Shown: positions 13,560-26,951, numbered from the whole stretch's first letter. The stretch is 62,926 nucleotides of DNA, filler included, from Octopus bimaculoides (GCF_001194135.2; 6 parts of 6 records of this genome joined end to end with filler, not necessarily neighbours in it); one strand, 5' to 3'. The notes: a model not told the origin generated them from the sequence alone. Program-made: numbers and translations.

Positions 13560-14340
13560 CAAACGTGTACCATTGGAAGGACACCGGGTTGACAGAAAGG
13601 AAACACAAGTTGGATATAGATACGGCGGACAGAGGTAGACAGACACAGATTGGACACAGAAGTGGACACTGGATAGTTAGACAGGAATGAACACACACAT
13701 ACATACGCGCGTACACACACACAAAGAATGTCACCATTTGAAATATAGATACAAATGTATAGTTATTATTTATAAATAACAGTTATTCACTGGATACCGG
13801 AGTAATAGTAATAACAGTGCATACGAGGGGCTGATGGTGATGGTGATGGTGTAAGAGGTGGTGGGGGTGACAGTGGCGGCAGTGGTGGAAGTAGTAGTGG
13901 TAGCGGTGATAGAGATGATGGCGGCGGTAAAGGCTGTGGTGGTGGTAGAGGTGGTGATGGTAGTAACTGTACTGTTATAATGGTAGTGTCGGTGGTTGGG
14001 TTGCGACGATGGTCCCGTGGTGGTGCGTAGAGTTTAATAGTGGTGTTGACAGTGGTGTAAAGGTGGTAGTGGTGGCTATTGTGTTTATGCTGTTGTGGTG
14101 GTGATGGTAGTGCTGTTAGTGGTTATGATCTAGTGGTGTGTTGGTGGCGGTGGTGGTGATGTGATAGTGGCGGTGTTGTCGTAGCGTTGGCAACGTTACG
14201 GTAGCGGCGGTTGTAGTGATGTGGTGTTTTGTCGGTGGAGGTGATGTTGCCCATATTGTTGGAGTTGTCGTTTAGTTCTTAATCAGTACCCAGAGAGTAG
14301 TCTCATAATCAGAGACCGGCAATCTTTCGGTATTAGTCTA

Positions 14341-14396
14341 TGACGTCACCAGTAAGTGTGCGACATTGTTTCATCTACTCGACAAGCTGAACAGTG

Positions 14397-14442
<46 letters not shown>

Positions 14443-14481
14443 ACTCTTGACTGACGTCATATACAAATACCGAAATATTGG
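14341..14481. promoter_or_regulatory. Candidate regulatory cluster: two palindromic CRE sites and an inverted CCAAT around a (CA)n tract
   Basis: TGACGTCA at 14341-14348 and 14452-14459; ATTGG at 14477-14481; no target gene identified. Confidence 0.35.
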
Positions 14482-15138
14482 CCTCAGGAGACTTCCAGCA
14501 AAAAGTACCATGCTGTATTTTTTGGCAGGTATAGTGTACCTTAAACTACATTAGACAAAGTGACCTTTTATAAGACAGTAGGTGACAGGAAGGAAAAGGA
14601 GATTTGACTGCTACTTTTAGCATGTCGACTGACTCTCTCGTTGCCTTGTGTTGATTTTGTAATTGTTGATGGTGGTAGCGATGTTGTTGATACTGTTGTT
14701 GTTATTGATGTTGTTAAATGCTGATGTAACTGTTGGTGATTATAGTCCCAGGGTTGTCCAGATCGAGCAGACCTATGGTCAAAAATCATAAATCATTCAA
14801 GCCATGACCATCCCAACTTTGGCTGCTATTTCTAGCAGATTAAGTGACCGCAGAGAGAGTGACTGCCTCGTTGACTGTGGACGTTGTTAATGTTGATGTT
14901 GCTGTTGGTGGTGCTGGTGATGATGTTGTTGATTGTTGATATTGATAATGTTTATATTGATAATACTGATGATGTTGGTGATGATGGCTGATGCCGATGC
15001 TGTTAGAAATAATTAACATACATGAAGTACATGCAATTATTCTGCCCTCACAATTTGTACAAAACAAACAGAAAAAATTAAAGAAAAGGAAAAAAGAATC
15101 TAAAATACATCCAAGTTTGTTTACCGTGTTGTAACACC

Positions 15139-15340
15139 AGCTTAAGTAATCACAGCTCTAAGCGGAGATCGTCCTGGTATGGGAGAGCTTAGGTAACCAG
15201 AATAAACGGAGGCTGTCCGAGTTGGAGTGAGCTTAGGTAAGCACGAATTTAGCGAAGGTCGTCCAAGAGACAGGGAGCTTAGGTAACCACAATTAACGGA
15301 GTTCGTCCTGGTTTGAGGGAACAAAATAAACCACAACTTG
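15139..15340. repeat. Degenerate ~45-bp periodic array with conserved core AGCTTARGTAA
   Basis: Cores at 15139, 15186, 15230 and 15276; CGGAG.TCGTCC-like blocks at 15163, 15207, 15253 and 15297. Confidence 0.8.
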
Positions 15341-16399
15341 ACAACACTTTTCTTACAATCAACTCTGAATATTGAATGGAGAATTTGCAGCATTCTGATT
15401 GGTTGAAACTCACACTCCTCCTGGCTTCTCCCTTCTTATCCACCCTCTCTCATATCATTCTTCTCTCTCTCGCCCCCTCATACCACTTCACTCAACATTA
15501 CGGCCTCTTTTACTTTCTCTCATTTTCTTTCTCATCTCATTCTCTTTAATCCACATGCTATCTCCTTTTCTTATTTTCCCCCTCTCTGTCACCCTTTCTA
15601 TCTACTTCACTCCGAATAGACCACTTCTCTTTATCCTCCATTTCCTCTCTTGTTTCATTCTCCTTCAGTCAGCATACTATCTCTTCTCGTTCCCCCCTCT
15701 CTATCCATGACTTCTTTCTATCTACACGACGCTCTCTATCTATTTCTCCATTTCCCACTCTCTTTTGCCCCTTCAGTCCACTTCACTCAACATACTACCT
15801 CTTCTTCTTCTTCTTTATAGATGTCTCCCCTATTTTCCCTCTTATTCTCATTCCTCTTCAGTCGGCATCTCCTTTCCTTTTCCCCCTCTCTGCCTGTCTT
15901 TCTTTCTATCTACACAACACCTCCACTTCTCACTGTCTGTCTTTCTTTCTCTCTCTCTCTCTCTCTCTCTCGCTATATATATATATATATATATATATTC
16001 TGTTTCTAAGTCTCTTTCTCCTTCACTCCTACACATTAACCTTCCACACATCTCTCTATTTTTAATCTCCATCACACTCACACTCTTCCTCTCTCTCTCT
16101 CTCTCTCTCTCTACTACACACTCAGTCTCTTTCTCTCTAACTTTCCTCCTCTCTATAACTACGTCAATACCACACAGATTTCACCCTCCTTTTAAATCTC
16201 ACACCGCCTCCCTCTTACTTCTACTCATTGCTCTTTTTCCCATTTTGAGTTCTTCTGTCTCTCTCTCTTTCATCTCACTCCTCATTCTCCTTCGCATCTG
16301 ATCGACAGACATAAGGAGAAAGACAGCTTGAGACAGATAGAAAGATAGATAGACAGATAAATAGATAAACAGATCGATAAATGTATTGGTTTCAAATCT

Positions 16400-16790
16400 T
16401 TGGTACAAGACCAGCAATCAGGGAAATTGGTAAGTCGATTACATCGATCCCAAGGTTCAACTAGTACGTATTTTATCGCACCCGAAAGGGCAAAAGGCAA
16501 AATCGACCACGGCGGAATTTGAACTCAGAACGTAAAGACTGACAAAATACCGCTAAGCATTTTGCCCGGCATGCTAACAATTATGACACAAGACCCGCGA
16601 TTTCGAGGGAGGGGGTAAGTCGATTAGATCGACCCCAGTGTTCGTCTGGTACTTATTTTAACGACTCCGAAAAGATGAACGAACAAAGAGGACCTCGGCG
16701 GAGTTTGAACTCAAAATATAGACAAACGAAATGCTACCAAGCATTTTGCCCGGCGTGCTAACGTTCCTGCCGGCTCGCCGCCTTAAATAG
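16400..16790 (-). mobile_element. Two adjacent SINE family 1 copies (others at ~33930-34165 -, 38830-39060 +, 45900-46105 -, 51610-51770 -, 51975-52190 +)
   Basis: Reverse complement of the family 1 head and central block. Confidence 0.8.
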
Positions 16791-17386
16791 ATAGATGTAG
16801 TGAAAGATAAATAGTAAACATTACACAAACACACACACACGCTCGCACACACAGAGACACAGACGCATACACACACATACAGATAAGGAACAATAACATA
16901 CACATATATATATATACGTAACATACACATATTTATACATACATAGAGGGACATACACATACCTATATATACCAACATACTNNNNNNNNNNTATATACAC
17001 ATCCTTTTATTGTTTCTTTGGTTTCTTTTGCTGTGGCCATGCTAGGACCCCATCTTCAAGCTTTTAGTTGATCATATCAACTCCGGTACTGATTTCTGTC
17101 AAATATGCAATTTATCGATCTGTTTTTACCTAATCGTTGTGTAAAAGAAAATTAAAAGGACACAACAAAACAGCAACACCGGCTTACCGGTCTAAAAACC
17201 GGTGTAGCATATGTGGTAAACCTCAACACACGTGCACATGCAATATCACAGGTATATTATCAAACGGTTAGTGTTATCAAAATTAACGAAGATAACATTA
17301 TTTATCGTCTAGTTAATGTTATCAGGCCTGTTATTACCACCTAAAGATTCCATTCCAAAGTGATCATAATAAGCGGTTTATATATA

Positions 17387-17418
<32 letters not shown>

Positions 17419-18338
17419 ATTAGGGACAAAATCCAAAATTACAGGTAAAAACTCAATTAAAATCAATTTATAAAAAATTAAAATTAAATTGAGCTTTTCA
17501 GAGTAAAATATATATAAATATATAGTTTTAGGGAAAAGAACCAGTTGATTTTCATCGATGAGTTCATGAACCTTGGTTCTTTTCCCTAAAANNNNNNNNN
17601 NNNNNNNNNNNNNNNNNNNNNNNNNNNNNNNNNNNNNNNNNNNNNNNNNNNNNNNNNNNNNNNNNNNNNNNNNNNNNNNNNNNNNNNNNNNNNNNNNNNN
17701 NNNNNNNNNNNNNNNNNNNNNNNNNNNNNNNNNNNNNNNNNNNNNNNNNNNNNNNNNNNNNNNNNNNNNNNNNNNNNNNNNNNNNNNNNNNNNNNNNNNN
17801 NNNNNNNNNNNNNNNNNNNNNNNNNNNNNNNNNNNNNNNNNNNNNNNNNNNNNNNNNNNNNNNNNNNNNNNNNNNNNNNNNNNNNNNNNNNNNNNNNNNN
17901 NNNNNNNNNNNNNNNNNNNNNNNNNNNNNNNNNNNNNNNNNNNNNNNNNNNNNNNNNNNNNNNNNNNNNNNNNNNNNNNNNNNNNNNNNNNNNNNNNNNN
18001 NNNNNNNNNNNNNNNNNNNNNNNNNNNNNNNNNNNNNNNNNNNNNNNNNNNNNNNNNNNNNNNNNNNNNNNNNNNNNNNNNNNNNNNNNNNNNNNNNNNN
18101 NNNNNNNNNNNNNNNNNNNNNNNNNNNNNNNNNNNNNNNNNNNNNNNNNNNNNNNNNNNNNNNNNNNNNNNNNNNNNNNNNNNNNNNNNNNNNNNNNNNN
18201 NNNNNNNNNNNNNNNNNNNNNNNNNNNNNNNNNNNNNNNNNNNNNNNNNNNNNNNNNNNNNNNNNNNNNNNNNNNNNNNNNNNNNNNNNNNNNNNNNNNN
18301 NNNNNNNNNNNNNNNNNNNNNNNNNNNNNNNNNNNNNN

Positions 18339-18383
<45 letters not shown>

Positions 18384-19184
18384 TAGATAGATAGATATAG
18401 ATATAGACATATATATATATATATGCATACATATATATATATGTATATATGTATTGTGTGTGTGTAGATAGAGATGCATAAAAAGAAATGTTGAAATAAG
18501 TTAGAGATCGATAGACAGATGATAAATGAAAATTCTGTCTGCCTGTGTATATGCATTGTGTATATCTACACACTCTCACACACACACACACACACAGAAC
18601 GAGAGATGTTATGTATGAGCTTATGAGATGGATAGACAGCAGACAGGCAGACAGACAAATTGACAAAGAAATAGCTAAAAATAAGTTGGGAAGTTATCTT
18701 CTTTCTTTTACTAGCGAAATTGTGTGTTCCATATGTAATTCACCAGCCGACAATAGTACAGTATCAGCCAAGACGCATATTAACTAAACAGTTGTAGAAA
18801 ATACTCAATATCATACGTGTGAATGTGGTCGCTTAACCATGTGTATACACACACACACACACACACACACACAGATGCGCGCGCACGCACACTATCAAAG
18901 CAGTTTTATTATATTTTGTATATAAGAACAACCTGCTGCCGGCTGTCATTTTTAACAGACACATACGTACATATACATACGTACACGCATACATGCAAGC
19001 ATACATACATACATACATGCACACACTGCTACATCTGTTTGTGTGTGCGTGTGCGTGCACACATGCATATGTATATACGTATATACGTAAGTATGTACAT
19101 ATACGTGTGTATATATGCATATATATATCATTTATATATATATATATATATTATATATATATATAATTATTATATATATATATA

Positions 19185-19284
19185 NNNNNNNNNNNNNNNN
19201 NNNNNNNNNNNNNNNNNNNNNNNNNNNNTTAATTAATTAANNNNNNNNNNNNNNNNNNNNNNNNNNNNNNNNNNNNNNNNNNNN
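19185..19284. other. Artificial scaffold-join spacer (44 N + TTAATTAATTAA + 44 N); same at 33407-33506, 49760-49859, 58166-58265 and 61694-61793
   Basis: Five identical 100-bp constructs; TTAATTAATTAA gives stops in all six frames. Confidence 0.95.
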
Positions 19285-20129
19285 TATAGTTCATCTCAGC
19301 ACTGGATTAGCCATTAAGCAAAATAAGCAGATGCTTCGGGTATGAAAGGAAAACTTTTTAAATATAAAGTTGAAGTTTACAAAAACATTAATTTCCATCA
19401 CACTGCAAGTTTGTCTTCATTTTGAAAAATAGAAATTTATTTTATGGTTTATTATTGTTTATATTTTGAATTACTTATATATGAGGGTACCAAAATCTTT
19501 TAAGTGCTTTTAATCTAGCCCTAGTCCTTCCCTATTCATATTCTTCCTCCTAACTTAATAGCCGACTTCTACTGCCCTGATTATATACATAGAACAAATT
19601 CCATCAGTTGGTTTATATTTTGAAAGGTATCAACTGAGGAAAGTCTTGCTTAAGGAATGTATTTCCTATTATATATTACGTAATAATGTGAAACATGCGT
19701 ATTAAATGCTTTCAAAATATCATTATTTGGTAAATTACTCTAAAATTATTTTTGATTTGAGTATTCAATCAATGAGCAACCAATATGTATAGAAGTCAAC
19801 TGACCTGCTAAAAGCTGCAATGAAATCTTTATTTCAGATTATCTGATCAATTGGCTGTTCATTGTGTATAATATAATCTTAAGGTTTATGAGCTTTTATA
19901 TTCTCTAAACATTAGTTTTATCTAAATTAGTTCTAAATAAATGTTAATGTTCACTGAAATTTCTTTTGAATTGGTGAAATAGCTATAGAAAGCAAACTTT
20001 ATATTTCTTGAATGTGTGTTAAATAAAATATATTCCAAATAACTTTTTACGAAATTTATTTCTTAAATACGAGTGCATATATAGCCGTTTATACATAAAC
20101 ACATACATCGACTATGTGAGGATCAAGGT

Positions 20130-21037
20130 CTATGAGCGAGTCCCTGGTGTTACTTTGGGAACTACTACCTTACCAACCTGAAGTATGTAGTCGATACCAC
20201 CTATTCAGCAACTCGATTGACCAGTTCAGGGACACACTGACCATTTATAGAGAAGAATCAGGAAAGCTTGGCTTTCAGGTGATTTGGGTGAAGACCAAGT
20301 TGATGCATGTTAAAGATGAGCCAGAAACTCCTGCGGTCCATATTGGCTTCGACGTCATGGAGTTTGTCAGCTCCTTCATCTACTTGGGCTCCACATTCAC
20401 CAACAATGGAAACCTGACTCCTGAAATCAACCACAGATGTGATCTGGCCGCTGGGGTCATGTACTCCCTACGGAGCCCCTGTTGTGCCACTGCTCGATCT
20501 CCTGGAATACGAAGCTCCGCATCTACAGTACATCCTCTCCATTCTTTTCTATGGAGCAGAAATGTGGCCCCTTTCGAAGACTCTGGCATAGATGATCAAC
20601 GACTTCGATAGCAGATCACTGAAAATCGTCAAGAAAATCAGATGGTACCATCATGTTTCCAACAAAGAACTGTGTGCACGCAAGCACACATTAGCCAGCA
20701 GCTTCCCATCTTATAGCTACTCGATGCATGCGCTGGTACGGACATGACCTCCAACTCCTGCTAGACCATCCTACAATGGCTTTACTCTTATTCGACTCAA
20801 CAGCTGCGGGTTGCAAGAGGCCTTGTGACAGACCCTGTACCAGATTGATGAACATGGTTGGGAGAGATCTCCAGAGGCTCAACGTCATCTTGGAGAATGC
20901 GGAGGGGCTGGCATGGAACAGTCAGCGATGGAGAGAACTTGCGGAACTGGTCAGCACTACACATGGTGATGCCTCAGAGACCAGTAACATGGGATGACCT
21001 CAGCCCCATCAAACAAGAACGTGAAGCCAAGTAAGCC
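20130..21037 (+). mobile_element. 5'-truncated, degenerate RTE-clade LINE (RT C-terminal half)
   Basis: Frameshifted translations: KLGFQV.W.KTK.M, FIYLGS, EI..R, LFYGAEMW, RW..HVSN.EL, RWYGH, KRP.DRP, WRELAELV; tail CCAAGTAAG. Confidence 0.85.
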
Positions 21038-21782
21038 TATATATATATATATATATATNNNNNNNNNNNNNNNNNNNNNNNNNNNNNNNNNNNNNNNNNN
21101 NNNNNNNNNNNNNNNNNNNNNNNNNNNNNNNNNNNNNNNNNNNNNNNNNNNNNNNNNNNNNNNNNNNNNNNNNNNNNNNNNNNNNNNNNNNNNNNNNNNN
21201 NNNNNNNNNNNNNNNNNNNNNNNNNNNNNNNNNNNNNNNNNNNNNNNNNNNNNNNNNNNNNNNNNNNNNNNNNNNNNNNNNNNNNNNNNNNNNNNNNNNN
21301 NNNNNNNNNNNNNNNNNNNNNNNNNNNNNNNNNNNNNNNNNNNNNNNNNNNNNNNNNNNNNNNNNNNNNNNNNNNNNNNNNNNNNNNNNNNNNNNNNNNN
21401 NNNNNNNNNNNNNNNNNNNNNNNNNNNNNNNNNNNNNNNNNNNNNNNNNNNNNNNNNNNNNNNNNNNNNNNNNNNNNNNNNNNNNNNNNNNNNNNNNNNN
21501 NNNNNNNNNNNNNNNNNNNNNNNNNNNNNNNNNNNNNNNNNNNNNNNNNNNNNNNNNNNNNNNNNNNNNNNNNNNNNNNNNNNNNNNNNNNNNNNNNNNN
21601 NNNNNNNNNNNNNNNNNNNNNNNNNNNNNNNNNNNNNNNNNNNNNNNNNNNNNNNNNNNNNNNNNNNNNNNNNNNNNNNNNNNNNNNNNNNNNNNNNNNN
21701 NNNNNNNNNNNNNNNNNNNNNNNNNNNNNNNNNNNNNNNNNNNNNNNNNNNNNNNNNNNNNNNNNNNNNNNNNNNNNNNNNN

Positions 21783-21825
<43 letters not shown>

Positions 21826-22179
21826 TTTCCTAGTTTATTACTGTTATTTTACTATTTTAGCCCCTGTCCATTGTCCTGAAATCTTTAGTCACACATCTGT
21901 GACTTCTTCAGCGACACTTTTCGTTTCCCAGTGTGTTCTTGCTCCACTTACTCCATTCTGTTCATCTAAAATGTGTATCCTTATGAGCGCATGCGTTTCT
22001 GTGTCTCTGTGTGCACGTGCGCGCGTGTGGATGTGTGTGCGTGTGTGTGTGTGCTTGTATGTATGCTTGTGTGTGTGTCATAGTTTTTAGCAGCTGTGTG
22101 ACCTTCCCCTCGGCCCCAACCTCTCACCCCACCGTGCTGTATTTTTCTATGTATGTGACAGATACATTTATATATTCGT

Positions 22180-22214
<35 letters not shown>

Positions 22215-23670
22215 TATATTTATTTACTTATTTATTTATTTTTCATGCATATATATTCTCGTATATATTCTATATTTCTCGTAGATGCATAAAAAAAAAA
22301 TAGATAAGTAAATATATAAATATATAAATAGATAAATGAATATATAAATATATCTGCCACATACCGATGATAAATCGAAGGCGGAGACAGACAAAATAAA
22401 TAAATAAAACTATATAAAGGGCATGGATATATACGAAGCGAACCCAGACACATACACACACGCACACACACAAATACACACACACACACATGAAATCTCA
22501 TGGACAGCCATATGATGTTAACAACACAACTAATACGGCCAGCAGCAGCATCAGTGCCGACGATGGCAATAACAACCACCACCACCACAATGGTAATACC
22601 GTGGACGAACAGACATATACAGAAGAATACAGGAACTGTACATTTCTTCTTTTCTGCATTTCTTTTTTTCTCGTTTCTTAGGACAGCAGCAGCACAATAG
22701 GATGAGAGGTTGGGGCAGAGGGTAAGGCCACATTGCTGCTAAAACTATGGCACACACACACACACACACNNNNNNNNNNNNNNNNNNNNNNNNNNNNNNN
22801 NNNNNNNNNNNNNNNNNNNNNNNNNNNNNNNNNNNNNNNNNNNNNNNNNNNNNNNNNNNNNNNNNNNNNNNNNNNNNNNNNNNNNNNNNNNNNNNNNNNN
22901 NNNNNNNNNNNNNNNNNNNNNNNNNNNNNNNNNNNNNNNNNNNNNNNNNNNNNNNNNNNNNNNNNNNNNNNNNNNNNNNNNNNNNNNNNNNNNNNNNNNN
23001 NNNNNNNNNNNNNNNNNNNNNNNNNNNNNNNNNNNNNNNNNNNNNNNNNNNNNNNNNNNNNNNNNNNNNNNNNNNNNNNNNNNNNNNNNNNNNNNNNNNN
23101 NNNNNNNNNNNNNNNNNNNNNNNNNNNNNNNNNNNNNNNNNNNNNNNNNNNNNNNNNNNNNNNNNNNNNNNNNNNNNNNNNNNNNNNNNNNNNNNNNNNN
23201 NNNNNNNNNNNNNNNNNNNNNNNNNNNNNNNNNNNNNNNNNNNNNNNNNNNNNNNNNNNNNNNNNNNNNNNNNNNNNNNNNNNNNNNNNNNNNNNNNNNN
23301 NNNNNNNNNNNNNNNNNNNNNNNNNNNNNNNNNNNNNNNNNTAAACAAACAAAAATTGCGCTTACTCGTATTCATTAATAAATAGAGGTCTAGAGGTCGA
23401 AATGTCTCAAAATTTGTACGGCACTGCCGAAGGTAAGTATGAGAATATGAAAAAAAAAATTCTAGATAAAATATACCAGCTACATGGTGCCGGGTTCAGT
23501 CCCACTGCGTAGTACATTGGGCAAGTGTCTTCTACTATAGCTTCGGGCCGACAAAAGCCTTGTGAGTGGATTTGGTAGACGGAAACTGAAAGAAACCTGT
23601 CGTATATGTATGTATATGTGCGTGTGCGTGTGTGTGTGTGCGTGTGCGTGTGTGTATGTATATACATACA

Positions 23671-23716
<46 letters not shown>

Positions 23717-24172
23717 CACACACATATGTATGTATGTGTGTGTGTATTTGTCCCCCCAACATCGCTTGACAACCGATGCTGGTGTGGTTACGTCCCCGTA
23801 ACTTAGCGGCTCGGCAAAATAGACCGATAGAATAAGTACTAGGTTTACAAAGAATAAGTCCTGGGGTCGATTTGCTCGACTAAAGGTGGTGCTCTAGCTG
23901 CCATAATCAGAGTAATGTCCAAAACGAACCAGGATTCGAGCATGTAGATGATTTAGATCTCGTATAGCAGCAGTTGTTGAAGCTGTAGGTGGTTATTAAA
24001 TAACATAGAAAAGAAGGTTTATTTTCTGATAAATTAAGTTATCTGTTATTATATATGTCTTCTATAAACATTAATCTGTCCTCAAATATCTTACGCACCC
24101 TGAACATTAAACTAATACACCTGTTTGTTGTTTATACACCTGCCTTCGTCTATTATTCTTTTGTAAATTCCA

Positions 24173-24214
<42 letters not shown>

Positions 24215-26552
24215 TGTGTGCGTGCGTGTGTGTGTGTGTATGTATGTATATACGTATATATGTATATATATATATATTTGTGAGCATGTGTATGTATGTA
24301 TGAGCATATGTATATATGTACATATGTGTGTATATCTATGTATCTGAATATGTATATGTATCTATGTGTGTGTATGCATATATGTATGTGTATGTATGTG
24401 TATGTATATATATNNNNNNNNNNNNNNNNNNNNNNNNNNNNNNNNNNNNNNNNNNNNNNNNNNNNNNNNNNNNNNNNNNNNNNNNNNNNNNNNNNNNNNN
24501 NNNNNNNNNNNNNNNNNNNNNNNNNNNNNNNNNNNNNNNNNNNNNNNNNNNNNNNNNNNNNNNNNNNNNNNNNNNNNNNNNNNNNNNNNNNNNNNNNNNN
24601 NNNNNNNNNNNNNNNNNNNNNNNNNNNNNNNNNNNNNNNNNNNNNNNNNNNNNNNNNNNNNNNNNNNNNNNNNNNNNNNNNNNNNNNNNNNNNNNNNNNN
24701 NNNNNNNNNNNNNNNNNNNNNNNNNNNNNNNNNNNNNNNNNNNNNNNATATATATGTACGAAGGGCTTCTTTCAGTTTCTGTCTACGAAATCCACGCAGA
24801 AAGCTTTGGTCGGCCCGAGGCTATAGTAGAAGACACTAGCGGCGTAAGGTGCCACGCAGTGGGACTGAACCCGGAACCGTGTAGTTGGGAAGCAAGCTCC
24901 TTGTCACACAGCCATGCTGATATATATAGAGAGAGGAGGGAGGGGGGAGAGAGTAAAGTAATGTAACTACTTTTTGGCGTCAGGAAAACATCATTTCCAG
25001 CTGGTTACCGACACATGGTCTGTGTCCGTATACTGTGAGCAAGGGTGTCTACTCCTTTTCTATCCTTAGCGATACCTGTAGACCAATGGTTTCTGAGTTA
25101 GTTTTCTTCCCCGGTACAAGACAATCGCCGGCTAGAGATGGCAGCCATTCGACATTGCTCACAGTATATACTTTTAAAGCGACACACAATTGCTGATCTC
25201 GTTAAGAGAAAAAACCACTAGTTCTAAATCTCTGAGCGAGAAATATGTAGTAACAGTACCGTACAGTAAAGTCGGTTTGCCATCACTATGTGGCACTCCT
25301 ACGCAGGACGATGTTACTACTTTCTCCACCTGGCTACCGATACATGGTCTGTGTCCGTATACTGTGAGCAAGGGAGATTGCCATGCACAGAGGAAGAGAA
25401 ATGACCCAGAAACTATTGGTCTATAGGTATCGCTAAGGCTAGGAAGGGAGCAGTAGACTCCCTTGCTCACAGTATACGAAAACAGTAATCGTATTTTTTG
25501 CATGGGTATGTCTGTATTAACATTATTGTTATTTATATTAATTGATGACTTTATCTATCATTTTTATATTATGTATTAATTTTAATGGTACATTGTATTC
25601 TTCTTGTTTGATAAATTTAATGTTTTCAATTTGAGATACATAATTTTTTTGTACGTTTTTCCCTGATGATATTCTGGCTTATAATAATTAACCAAATTGA
25701 TTTAATTAAATTAATTTGATTGATTTTATATTATAAACGATGAATTGAAAAAATTGTAGGTCTTGTCAATGTATTAATAAATTTTTATTAATCTTATCTC
25801 CATCTTCCCTCTTGGTTTTTATAATAATAATATATATGCGTGTACCTATATTATAAGGTATTCAACCAGTCTAATCTTGGATATTTCTATCCCTCTGAGG
25901 TTTATATATCCTCACTTATATTTAAATATAACAATATATATATATATATATATTTAATTAGAGGTAATGTTAACCTCATGAAAGGATGGTCTCATCCAAG
26001 GAAACACTGGTTCAATGCCTAGTATTTTGGGGGAATGAATTTCCTTAATATGTACAAAAACATACCGGCCTCTCCCATTATAATATTAAGTGCTCTGCAT
26101 CGTCTGTAATTAACCACGGTCGTATTGATTCATCATTTTTCTTTTTGCCTACATTCAAAAAGTGTATTATTGTCTCGGAGTTTTTATGGTAGTTGAAAAG
26201 ACATTAGCGTCTATTTCTAATTCAGTATGTGGCGTAGCATTTAGCTGACCCCTTATGTATATAATTATGGAATATTTTGTACAATTTTATAGTTTACCTA
26301 AAAGGTTTTTCAACTGACTACTTGGTAAAATTATTAATAATTTCACCCTACATTATATATATATATATGTGTGTGTGTGTGTAAGTATGTATGTATATAT
26401 ATATACAAATATATATAAATGCATGTAGGTATGTGTGTGGGAGTGTATATGTGGTGAAGATGTGCATAAATCTGTGTATGTATATGCATATATTTGTATA
26501 TTTGTATATAGGTGTGTGTACATGCAAAGGTATAAGGTTTAAGAGGCGTGTA

Positions 26553-26951
26553 CAAGGGTTGGACAAAATAATGGAAACACCTAGCATCATTGCATCATAA
26601 TTTTGAAATATCTATAAAACCGTCAAAAGCTTGTTTATTTTTATGTTTTTTCGGTTTATTATTTGTGTTGCTTAATATGTTTTGCTAAAATTGCTGTTTC
26701 TTTTCAAATATCATCAGAAAAAGGTAATTAAAATTTATTAAAATGACAGATCTATCAGACTTTCAAAGAGGTCAAATTGTCGGTGCTCGTATGGCAGGCG
26801 CTAGTATAATGAAAACAGCCGAAATGTTTGGTGTATCAAGAAGTACTGTCTCAAAAGTAATGACAGCCTTTGAGAAAGAGGAAAAAAACCTCCTCGTCGA
26901 AACAAAACTCCGGAAGAAAACCAAAACTGTCAGATAGCGACTGTCGGACTC
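26553..26951 (+). mobile_element. Tc1-family DNA transposon, left end and N-terminal transposase fragment; remainder in gap
   Basis: TA|CAAGGGTTGGACAAAATAATGGAAACACC terminus. ATG 26743: MTDLSDFQRGQIVGARMAGASI.KTAEMFGVSRSTVSKV (HTH), then a frameshift to KQNSGRKPKLS (GRP-like motif). Confidence 0.9.
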
